From an uncultured Treponemataceae bacterium (GTDB taxonomy: Bacteria > Spirochaetota > Spirochaetia > Treponematales > Treponemataceae), in the NCBI GenBank assembly GCA_964370725.1, contig CAYJLQ010000001.1, positions 1-34,890 of the forward strand: 34,890 nucleotides of DNA, in the 5' to 3' direction. A program made the translations under genes and the position numbers. This document shows, in pieces, positions 1-7,139 of the stretch. A model generated the notes under the pieces. It saw nothing but the letters and a program-made list of their open reading frames with translations, made no database searches and was not told the DNA's origin. Position 1 is the stretch's first letter, and the number at the start of each line of letters is the position of its first letter.

Positions 1-91
1 TTCTTTTCTTCAAGAAAAGAAGATGAATAAAAGTTCCTGCGCTTTCAAGCGTAAATTCCTTTTAGAAAATAATCTTAAAAAAATTTAAAAA

Positions 92-331
92 GTAAATTTT
101 GAAAAAAGCCCGAAGCGCCAGCTTCAGAGCTACAGTAAATTTTATCAAGAATCGAAGCATCGCTTCAGAGCAAAAATAGATTCTTCAAAAGTCCAGATAT
201 CTGGCAGAATCAGAATGACGGTGGGTCGTCAAGATATCTGGTAGAATCAGAATGACGGATGCTGGCTTGAAACGCCAGTTTCAGAGCTAAGTAAAATTTG
301 ATAAAAAGTTAGAAACTTATTGTTTCAGAGC
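92..331 (+). repeat. Degenerate array of four short hairpin modules: GAA(G/A)C, a 3-5 nt loop, G(C/T)TTC, then AGAGC. Modules are partly embedded in a roughly 40-bp unit carrying AGTAAA(A)TTT plus an A-rich tail
   Basis: Copies read directly at 112-130 GAAGCGCCAGCTTCAGAGC, 154-171 GAAGCATCGCTTCAGAGC, 269-287 GAAACGCCAGTTTCAGAGC and 312-331 GAAACTTATTGTTTCAGAGC. The fourth stem pair is G:C in copies 1-2 and A:T in copies 3-4, changed on both arms. AGTAAATTTT-like segments lie at about 92-110, 134-150 and 289-308. Confidence 0.75.
195..258 (+). repeat. 27-bp direct repeat in two copies (195-221 and 232-258) with one mismatch and a 10-nt gap. Copy 1 begins inside the perfect palindrome CCAGATATCTGG (193-204)
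   Basis: AGATATCTGGCAGAATCAGAATGACGG versus AGATATCTGGTAGAATCAGAATGACGG, read directly. Each copy contains an internal CAGAAT tandem. Confidence 0.8.
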
Positions 332-393
332 TATCAATTTTGTACTTATAGCATTATAATATAAGTATAAGCACAAGAACGAGGGTATCCCTT

Positions 394-1344
394 TTGAAAA
401 ATAAAAAGCATTTTCTAATTATTGTATGTACACTATCTCTATTTGGTATAATCTTTTCAAGCGATGCTAAAATATATGATTTTAGTTTGGAGACAAACTT
501 TAACGCCCAAATGGGTGTAGTAAATGAGCTTGTGTATAAAGAAAATGGGGATGTTCTTAGTAAACTCGCATGGAAGCAGTACATTACGCCACAAATTAAT
601 CTAATATATAATGCTCGTGTTAATTCAGTGTTTTTTAATGCTCAGTTAACAAGTTCTATTCCCCTAAATAGTGGGATTATGGAAGACTTTGATTATGAAA
701 CCTCAGTAAAAGATGCAGTAACGAAATATTCAATACACGATCTTACAGTTGATAAGAGTTTTGCTTTTAAACTACATGTTGCATATCGCTTTAATGTAAC
801 TAATTCGTATAAAATTCAGCCACTAGTAGGTTTCTCTTATCAAAACAGAATGTTTACAGCGCACGATGGCTATTATCAATATGCGCCAGATGGTCAACTT
901 TGGGATGAGAGTCTTTCAAAGGTTGCTTTAACAGGAGCAGGGATTTCCTATGAACAAACAATTATGTATCCTTTTGTTGGATTTGAAAATATATTCTATG
1001 TAAAAGATGTAATATGTAATGTGTCTCTATCATTCTTTCCGTACATTTTTGTTGACGCCCTTGACAATCACTATTTACGGACACTGCAATTTTATGACAA
1101 AATGAGAGGTGGTACCGTATTAAATGTTGGAACATCTGTATACGTTCCTTTTAAGAAAAATGACTTTGGATTAAAGTTTGGTATTGGTTATGAATATTTT
1201 ACAAGTAAAGGAACAAGCGCATATAATAATTTAGGCAAAGAGAACCATGATTTTATTACACTTTCAGGCTCAAGTTCAGGTACAAATAGTAACCTTTTTA
1301 AAATCACTGTAGGATTTGTTCTTAATCCAAAATTTTGGAAATAA
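394..1344 (+). CDS. Omptin-family (OmpT/Pla-like, peptidase A26) outer-membrane protease
   Basis: 316-aa ORF with a TTG start 8 nt after GAGGG (381-385) and an N-terminal signal peptide. The ELVY..G..LSKLAWK block resembles the omptin ERVY..G.K.SQLDWK block. D-F-D (residues 98/100) and D-N-H-Y parallel the Asp-x-Asp and Asp-x-His catalytic pairs of OmpT. The rest shows an alternating beta-strand pattern. Confidence 0.65.
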   Translation: MKNKKHFLIIVCTLSLFGIIFSSDAKIYDFSLETNFNAQMGVVNELVYKENGDVLSKLAWKQYITPQINLIYNARVNSVFFNAQLTSSIPLNSGIMEDFDYETSVKDAVTKYSIHDLTVDKSFAFKLHVAYRFNVTNSYKIQPLVGFSYQNRMFTAHDGYYQYAPDGQLWDESLSKVALTGAGISYEQTIMYPFVGFENIFYVKDVICNVSLSFFPYIFVDALDNHYLRTLQFYDKMRGGTVLNVGTSVYVPFKKNDFGLKFGIGYEYFTSKGTSAYNNLGKENHDFITLSGSSSGTNSNLFKITVGFVLNPKFWK

Positions 1345-1400
1345 ATTATTTATTGCAAGTTTATTTTTAACAAGAGGATAAAACTTACATCAAAAACCCT

Positions 1401-1429
1401 TTGCATATTTTCTTAAATTGTGATACAAT
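1401..1429 (+). promoter_or_regulatory. Sigma70-type promoter with extended -10: TTGCAT, 17-nt spacer, TGaTACAAT
   Basis: -35 TTGCAT at 1401-1406, TG at 1421-1422, -10 TACAAT at 1424-1429. The ATG at 1441 lies 11 nt downstream and has no Shine-Dalgarno sequence. Confidence 0.55.
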
Positions 1430-1440
1430 CTTTTTCGAGT

Positions 1441-2346
1441 ATGCAGTTTGAATTAAGCGACGAAGTTATGAACAGCCTCATTTTTGCTATGGAAAATCAA
1501 AAAGAAAGTAATTTTTTTGATTCTATAGAAAAAGAAGTTGTAGATATAGATATCGAAGCTAGCGACGATACTAGCCGTTATTATAGTGTTCCAGAATGGA
1601 CGTCTATAGATGGCTTTAAGGTGATGGAGCATTTCGTAGCTTCACTTCATTCACCGCTTGCAAAAGAGGCTTTGCATGAAGTGCTTTTTGCTGGCAAAGG
1701 GGTTTTTCGTAATTTTAAGGACACGCTTAAAAATTACCCTGAAGTGGAGCAACAATGGTTTACGTTTAAACAAAAGGTGCTTAAAGAAAAAGTTGTTCAT
1801 TGGTATAATGTTTTAAGAGATTCATGGGGCTTAGAGCGCATCGAAGGTGAGCCTGAAGAAACTGAAAATCTTATTTTCGACGATTTTATGTTTCGAGAGT
1901 ATAATGAAGCACTAGATTCTGAACACATATTGCAAGTTGAAAATCTTGCAATGCAAGCAATTGAGCATGCTTTTGAAGGCGAGTTTGGTATAACTGCACG
2001 AGTACTGTGGGAAAAATACAAAACTCTTCTTGAGAGAGATAAAATAACATACATTTGCACTAATATTGCAGCCGATTTTTCTGGTGTTATTTCTGTTTCT
2101 CCCGTTCCAGAACCTGCAAAGAATTCTGTTATAGTTACTTTATTTTTTATTTTACCAGCATGGCGAGGACTGGGAATAGGAAAAGAGCTTTTTATGCATT
2201 GTTTGCAGGAATTAAAAAAACGTAATATTAACATTGTTATTATACCCGAAATGTTCATACCCGAAATATTTATAAAGGTTCTACTGCGCAGCGGTTTTGA
2301 AAAAACACCCGTTGGTTTTATAGTAGACCTTAATGAAACACTATAA
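1441..2346 (+). CDS. Two-domain protein: UPF0158-like N-terminal region fused to a GNAT N-acetyltransferase domain
   Basis: The ORF track starts at GTG 1420, but the promoter -10 overlaps that codon, so ATG 1441 (MQFELSDEV) is preferred. The N-terminal half contains YYSVPEW..GFKVME.F and GKG.FR.FKD.L...P....W, typical of UPF0158. The C-terminal WRGLGIGKELF is a GNAT acetyl-CoA (Q/R-x-x-G-x-G/A) motif. Confidence 0.6.
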   Translation: MQFELSDEVMNSLIFAMENQKESNFFDSIEKEVVDIDIEASDDTSRYYSVPEWTSIDGFKVMEHFVASLHSPLAKEALHEVLFAGKGVFRNFKDTLKNYPEVEQQWFTFKQKVLKEKVVHWYNVLRDSWGLERIEGEPEETENLIFDDFMFREYNEALDSEHILQVENLAMQAIEHAFEGEFGITARVLWEKYKTLLERDKITYICTNIAADFSGVISVSPVPEPAKNSVIVTLFFILPAWRGLGIGKELFMHCLQELKKRNINIVIIPEMFIPEIFIKVLLRSGFEKTPVGFIVDLNETL

Positions 2347-2365
2347 GTGATTTTGGAGGAAGAGC

Positions 2366-3025
2366 ATGTCAATGCAAAACAACAGTTCCAATTTAGAGGA
2401 ACAATTTCAAGAGCTACTGATTCAAGCAGTAGAAAAAGTAAAATCAGAAGAAGATCCTGTAGTATTAAATGAATACAAAAAGTTGTTTAAAAAGAATGTA
2501 CCATTTACACTTCGTGCGTATGTTGCAGCATTTTTAGCCAAAGAAATGGCATCAGGTGGAATCTCTTTTAGTGGAAACTCTCGCCGGTTTTCTAATAAAG
2601 GTGGGCGATTCGACAGAAACGCAAGACGCGAAGCAAAAAATGAAAGTTTTTCAAAAACACGTTCAGAAAGACCGATGGCTCCACGCACAGAAAGAGAAGC
2701 TACACCTTTTGCACGGGTAACAATTGATGAAGACAAAGCTACTAGTATTTTTATTGGTATGGGTAGAAATAGAGGCGTATATGCACGCGATATTATTGGC
2801 CTTATTACTCAACGAGCTTCAATTGACAGAGAAAGAATTGGTGAAATAAAAGTTCTTGATAATTATTCATTTGTTCAAGTGTATATTGAAGATGCTGAAA
2901 ATATTATTTCGCTTATTAACGGAAGTGATTACAGAAATAGAAAATTAACTGTTAGTTTTGCGCATAAAAAAGAAAAAGAAGATGATGCAGTAGTAGCTGT
3001 TGAAGATGGAGTTTCTGAAAACTAA
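2366..3025 (+). CDS. DbpA RNA-binding-domain protein with no helicase core and an Arg-rich basic linker
   Basis: The C-terminal IFIGMGRNRGVYARDIIGLI...IGEIKVLDNYSFVQV matches the DbpA/YxiN-type RNA-binding domain pattern. A central R/K/S-rich low-complexity segment is present. GGAGGA lies upstream of the ATG. Confidence 0.7.
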   Translation: MSMQNNSSNLEEQFQELLIQAVEKVKSEEDPVVLNEYKKLFKKNVPFTLRAYVAAFLAKEMASGGISFSGNSRRFSNKGGRFDRNARREAKNESFSKTRSERPMAPRTEREATPFARVTIDEDKATSIFIGMGRNRGVYARDIIGLITQRASIDRERIGEIKVLDNYSFVQVYIEDAENIISLINGSDYRNRKLTVSFAHKKEKEDDAVVAVEDGVSEN

Positions 3026-3026
3026 T

Positions 3027-3689
3027 ATGATTTCAATGCAGTGCTTTCAAACAGGCCTTTTAGGCGTAAATACCTACCTAGTTTCTTGTTCCTCTGATTC
3101 TGATAACACAAAAAATGTCTTTGTAGTAGATCCAGGCGGCGATGCTTCTTTTATTGCAGACAGAATTAACGAAATAAACGGGAATCTTGTAGGGATTGTT
3201 CTAACACATGGTCATTTCGACCATGTAGGAGCACTGACTTCTTTAAAAGAAATGTTTCCAAATGCTCTTGTCTGCATTCATTCGGGAGACGCCGATTATG
3301 TGGGTGAAAACGGATATAAAACTCATACAGAAAGTTTTTTACGTATAGGCTTTGAAAATAAAGACTTCTTTACGCATGAAAAAATGTGTAGTGCCGACCT
3401 TTTTTTAGATGCTGAAAAATATTTGCCATTTGCACCTAATTGGCACATTATACACACACCTGGACACACAGAAGGTTCAGTTTGTTTATATAATGAAAAA
3501 GAAAAGGCATTGTTATCGGGTGATACGCTCTTTAAAATGGCCTATGGTAGAACCGATTTGCCTGGTGGTAGTTTTTCAAAACTTAAAAAAAGTCTTGAAA
3601 ATTTATTTACACTTCCTGGCGATACAAAGGTATATCCAGGGCATGAATCTACAACAACAATTGCACAAGAAATGAATATGCACTTATAA
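3027..3689 (+). CDS. MBL-fold metallo-hydrolase (glyoxalase II-like)
   Basis: THGHFDHVGA (the HxHxDH zinc motif) is present, with later HTPGHT, GD.LF and PGHE blocks. ATG 3027 is preferred because it follows the upstream stop (3023-3025); the track start at 3000 overlaps the previous gene. Confidence 0.85.
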   Translation: MISMQCFQTGLLGVNTYLVSCSSDSDNTKNVFVVDPGGDASFIADRINEINGNLVGIVLTHGHFDHVGALTSLKEMFPNALVCIHSGDADYVGENGYKTHTESFLRIGFENKDFFTHEKMCSADLFLDAEKYLPFAPNWHIIHTPGHTEGSVCLYNEKEKALLSGDTLFKMAYGRTDLPGGSFSKLKKSLENLFTLPGDTKVYPGHESTTTIAQEMNMHL

Positions 3690-3708
3690 GCTATTTTGAA
3701 ACAAGCAT

Positions 3709-3743
3709 AAAAAAACCGTTAATTGACTCAATTAACGGTTTTT
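3709..3743. terminator. Bidirectional rho-independent terminator between convergent genes
   Basis: A 10-bp stem CCGTTAATTG (3716-3725) pairs with CAATTAACGG (3729-3738). It is flanked by an A-run on the left and a T-run on the right. Confidence 0.8.
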
Positions 3744-3755
3744 ATGTTTTAAGCA

Positions 3756-5456
3756 CTATTGTTGGTTTTCAAATAGGTTTTCTGTAATAGCAAATGCATG
3801 ATCCCCAATTTTTTCAATTGTTCTAATCATGTCAATATATAATAGCTCTGCTTTTACATTAGCACCCTCTTCAAGACGCTTTCGAGCAGTTTTCTTTAGT
3901 TTTGTTCTAAGGCTATCAATTTGCTCTTCAAGATTTTCAGCTATTGTCATTTCTTGTGCTGTTAATGGCGTTTTTAAGTGTGCACCAGCAAGGTCTAGTA
4001 GTTGTTGTACTAAATCTACATATGGACCAACTTTTTCAATATCAGACTTTTCAAATTTCATTTTCTTTTCAATACTTTTTTTCAATTGTACTGTAAGGCT
4101 AAAACATTGGTCGGTAAGAATTTCAATTTCATCAATAATTCGTCCCATAGTAGCAATAGTGTTTTGTTGAGTATCTGTAATTGGTAGCGATAAACATTTT
4201 GCCAAATACACAGAAAGTTCTTCTTGCATTTGATCTGCATAATCTTCTCGTGTTGTAATATATTCAAAATTTTCAGAAATAAACCTATCGCTTCTGTCTA
4301 CAAATCCCTTTTTTGCCCTTGTAAACATTTTAACTGCTATAGAAATCATGTGCGAAACTTCTGCCTGTACTTGTAATAAGTGAGGCTCTACCGATTCTTT
4401 AGTACCTGATGTAATAAACGGGAAAGTATATTTGTCTGGTACATCGTTTTCACCGGCTTTAATTACTCTTTCAGTTAAGTTTGCAATTTGTGTAACAAAT
4501 GGTAAAAAGAGCAATGTGTTTAATGCGTTAAAAACAGTGTGAAGCATCGCAATGTGAGGTGTTATTGAATCGTGCACATTCCCAGGAGTAATAAAATCAA
4601 CTAAGTGTAATAAAGGTTTAAGTAAAATAATTGCAATTACTGTACCAGTAACATTAAATAAAACGTGTACAAGTGCTGCTCTTCGTGCGTTAACCTTTGT
4701 ACCAATAGAAGCTAATACTGCGTCAATTGTTGTACCAATGTTACTACCTAAAATCATGGAAGCTGAAAATTCCCAGTTTAATAAGCCACCTGCAGCCATG
4801 GTTAATATAACTGCAGTTGATGCACTAGATGAATGTAGTAGAACTGTAATTGCAAGACCTGCAATTACACCTATACAAAGACTTAATGCGCCACTTGTTT
4901 GAAGTTCTGTTAAAAAAGTAACACTCTCTGCACCAAAAGAAGGAATAGCCCCAGAAAGCAGGTCTAAGCCTAAGAACAGTAAACCAAATCCCATTAGCGT
5001 TTCGCCAAGATTTACTTTGCCTATTTTTTTTACGTGGGAAACTATGTAACCTGCCCCAAAAATAGGTATTGCAAAAAGGGATATTTTAAACTTAAACCCG
5101 ATAAGCGCAACTATCCATGCGGTAACGGTTGTACCTATATTTGCACCAAATATTACGCCAACAGATTGGGTTAAAGTTAATAAACCTGCATTCACAAACG
5201 ACACAACCATAACAGTTGTAGCGCTTGATGATTGCACCACCATCGTAATGAACATTCCAGTGAAAACCGCTACAAAACGGTTGCCTGTAATCACACTGAG
5301 AATTTTCGTCATTGTTTTACCAGCACTTTTTTGTATACCATCACTAAGCATGTTCATGCCATACAATAAAAGGCCAAGGCTTCCAACTAGTTGGAAAATA
5401 ATTAATAGTATATTCACAATTAGGACAATATCATAAAAAAACGTTCTATGCAACAT
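3756..5456 (-). CDS. Na+/phosphate cotransporter family protein with C-terminal PhoU-like domain
   Basis: The long polytopic N-terminal half carries duplicated QSSSATT / HSSSAST and GANIGTT / GSNIGTT motifs typical of NptA-type Na/Pi transporters. The C-terminal half is helical and PhoU-like. Start is set at ATG 5456 (MLHRTFF...) because the longer ORF to 5534 overlaps the divergent gene. Confidence 0.85.
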   Translation of the reverse strand: MLHRTFFYDIVLIVNILLIIFQLVGSLGLLLYGMNMLSDGIQKSAGKTMTKILSVITGNRFVAVFTGMFITMVVQSSSATTVMVVSFVNAGLLTLTQSVGVIFGANIGTTVTAWIVALIGFKFKISLFAIPIFGAGYIVSHVKKIGKVNLGETLMGFGLLFLGLDLLSGAIPSFGAESVTFLTELQTSGALSLCIGVIAGLAITVLLHSSSASTAVILTMAAGGLLNWEFSASMILGSNIGTTIDAVLASIGTKVNARRAALVHVLFNVTGTVIAIILLKPLLHLVDFITPGNVHDSITPHIAMLHTVFNALNTLLFLPFVTQIANLTERVIKAGENDVPDKYTFPFITSGTKESVEPHLLQVQAEVSHMISIAVKMFTRAKKGFVDRSDRFISENFEYITTREDYADQMQEELSVYLAKCLSLPITDTQQNTIATMGRIIDEIEILTDQCFSLTVQLKKSIEKKMKFEKSDIEKVGPYVDLVQQLLDLAGAHLKTPLTAQEMTIAENLEEQIDSLRTKLKKTARKRLEEGANVKAELLYIDMIRTIEKIGDHAFAITENLFENQQ

Positions 5457-5512
5457 AAAAAATCCTATAAACCTACTTTTCAATATATCTTTTTTTTGAT
5501 AGAATAAGGGAC

Positions 5513-6340
5513 ATGAAAGTAGTCGTCTTGACAATGAAAATCCTTTTACTCTCTCTTGTGCTTATAAGTTGCTCAGGAAAGAATTCTTCAACGAGTGTTG
5601 CCAACGAAACCTCAAAAGATGCAGATAGCTCTTTAGATCCCCTATTACCAAATTTAGAACATTATACAAATGAGCAAGAAGAATATGTTGTTGTTTTGCT
5701 TGGCTATGGATACAATGAAGGCGAAAAAAAGGACTTACTTTTAGCACAACTGGATGAAACCTACGGATTAATACAAAATGGTGGCTTTATTATTCCTTTT
5801 GTATTCCCAGACGACTTTGTTTCATTTGGCTACGAAAGAATTAGCTTGCTTCCAGACAATATAAGTGAAATACTTTTAGAAAAAACTGGCAATAGTGATA
5901 TATCACAAGTTTCATCTCTTATAGCCCTTGGATCCCCAGATGCTACACATTTTGCTTTGGCAAGGTTACAAGATATTTATGAAGACATTAAAATATTCTC
6001 AATTTTTTCGCAAGATGATATTTTAGGCACTGAAGCTGGTTCTACACTCGTAATTGACTATAGTATAAGCCAAACCGAACAACGCGAAGGGTATGAAACC
6101 TTAGGTGAAATAGACTTATCCTATCCTGGCGACATCTTTGTAGTAGTATCACCACTTATTAACGCAGGCTTAGATTGGGAGAGAGTTACAAAATCTGGGC
6201 TTTTGGTTCCTGCTTTACGTACTGAGTATGCAAAGAAAACAAATTGTAATTTTTATGTATATATAGATCCTCAAACAGGTATACGATCAGAAAACCACTA
6301 TGTTCTAACAGCAAAAGAAAATGCTGAGGCAGGGGCTTAA
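5513..6340 (+). CDS. Hypothetical lipoprotein
   Basis: The signal peptide ends in the lipobox LISC followed by SGK. An alternative start is ATG 5534 (MKILLLSL...). I recognised no family. Confidence 0.55.
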   Translation: MKVVVLTMKILLLSLVLISCSGKNSSTSVANETSKDADSSLDPLLPNLEHYTNEQEEYVVVLLGYGYNEGEKKDLLLAQLDETYGLIQNGGFIIPFVFPDDFVSFGYERISLLPDNISEILLEKTGNSDISQVSSLIALGSPDATHFALARLQDIYEDIKIFSIFSQDDILGTEAGSTLVIDYSISQTEQREGYETLGEIDLSYPGDIFVVVSPLINAGLDWERVTKSGLLVPALRTEYAKKTNCNFYVYIDPQTGIRSENHYVLTAKENAEAGA

Positions 6341-6348
6341 GGGGTAAT

Positions 6349-7044
6349 ATGAATACATTAATGCAACAAGAATCAACACTAATAGGCTCAATAGAAGATA
6401 TAAAAAAATTAGAGCAACAAGAATCAGCAAGACTCCTTGTTTTAGGTGATAGTCATGGATATTATGAAGTGGTATCAGACATAATTTTACAGCATGGAGA
6501 AGGTTGCGATGCATTAGTTTTTTGTGGTGATGGCTTTTGTGATTTTTTAACCTGCTTTGAGTTAGCCTGTGATGATGATAAACTTAAAAATGCTATTCCT
6601 CCAGTTGTTATACCAGTTAGAGGGAATGGTGACTCTTCTGAATATTCGTTGCGTTTAGATAGCGATGAAGAAAGTGAAGCTTTTATTCAGTATTCACTTC
6701 TTACCAAAGTAAATTGTACCATAGCTGGGCGAGGCGTTTTTGTTACACACGGCGATCATTATAGAGTGGATATGGGAACAGATACATTATTAGCGGCATC
6801 TCATGCTGTTGATTCTGATATGGCTTTTTTTGGGCATACTCACCGAACTCATTGGGAAGAGGTTGGTGGAACATTGCTGTTGAATCCAGGTAGCTGTTCA
6901 AGATCTCGCTCAAATTTACCACCTAGCTTTGCTATTGTTTCTTTCCCTGGGAAACAAGATAGATTTACAATTGAGTACTTTGGAATTGAAAAAGCAATTT
7001 TTAAAAGTCATAAATTTATACCGTTAGCAGTGCATATGAATTGA
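6349..7044 (+). CDS. Metallophosphoesterase (YfcE/MJ0936-like phosphoesterase)
   Basis: The ordered calcineurin-like motifs are present: LGDSHG, CGDG, GNGD, THGD and FGHTH. Confidence 0.8.
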   Translation: MNTLMQQESTLIGSIEDIKKLEQQESARLLVLGDSHGYYEVVSDIILQHGEGCDALVFCGDGFCDFLTCFELACDDDKLKNAIPPVVIPVRGNGDSSEYSLRLDSDEESEAFIQYSLLTKVNCTIAGRGVFVTHGDHYRVDMGTDTLLAASHAVDSDMAFFGHTHRTHWEEVGGTLLLNPGSCSRSRSNLPPSFAIVSFPGKQDRFTIEYFGIEKAIFKSHKFIPLAVHMN

Positions 7045-7045
7045 G

Positions 7046-7080
7046 GCATTCTATTTTATTTAATAGAATGCTATTTTTTT
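7046..7080 (+). terminator. Rho-independent terminator
   Basis: The stem GCATTCTATT (7046-7055) pairs with AATAGAATGC (7062-7071) and is followed by TATTTTTTT. Confidence 0.8.
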
Positions 7081-7139
7081 GCTTATGAACATTGGTGTAA
7101 CTTATGGGTTGCACATAGATTAATATTTGGAGGGTACTA

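Noticed and set aside
1-21. 8-bp inverted repeat TTCTTTTC..GAAAAGAA at the window edge (possible terminator of an upstream gene)
   Set aside because: It is truncated by the window boundary, has no adjacent T-run and its context is unknown. It cannot be evaluated.
112-345. GTTTCAGAGCTA / GCTTCAGAGCTA resembles the 5' end of type II CRISPR repeats (GTTTTAGAGCTA...), suggesting a CRISPR array or tracrRNA
   Set aside because: Spacing between copies is irregular at 41, 116 and 44 nt, and the conserved part is under 20 nt. There are no unique spacer-sized intervals, no complementary anti-repeat and no cas genes in the window. It can only be revisited if sequence upstream of the window shows cas9.
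1797-2372. 191-aa minus-strand ORF
   Set aside because: It lies entirely antisense to the well-supported UPF0158-GNAT gene. Its composition is low-complexity and Ser-rich, it has no start context, and it is a typical shadow ORF.
5457-5534. Longer N-terminal extension of the Na/Pi transporter ORF (track start at 5534), and similar 5' extensions at 16596 (arfB), 11318 (FecR), 13127 (cyclase) and 16669 (alaS)
   Set aside because: The extensions overlap divergent genes or promoter boxes and add residues that are not signal-like or conserved. Internal ATGs give canonical N-termini.
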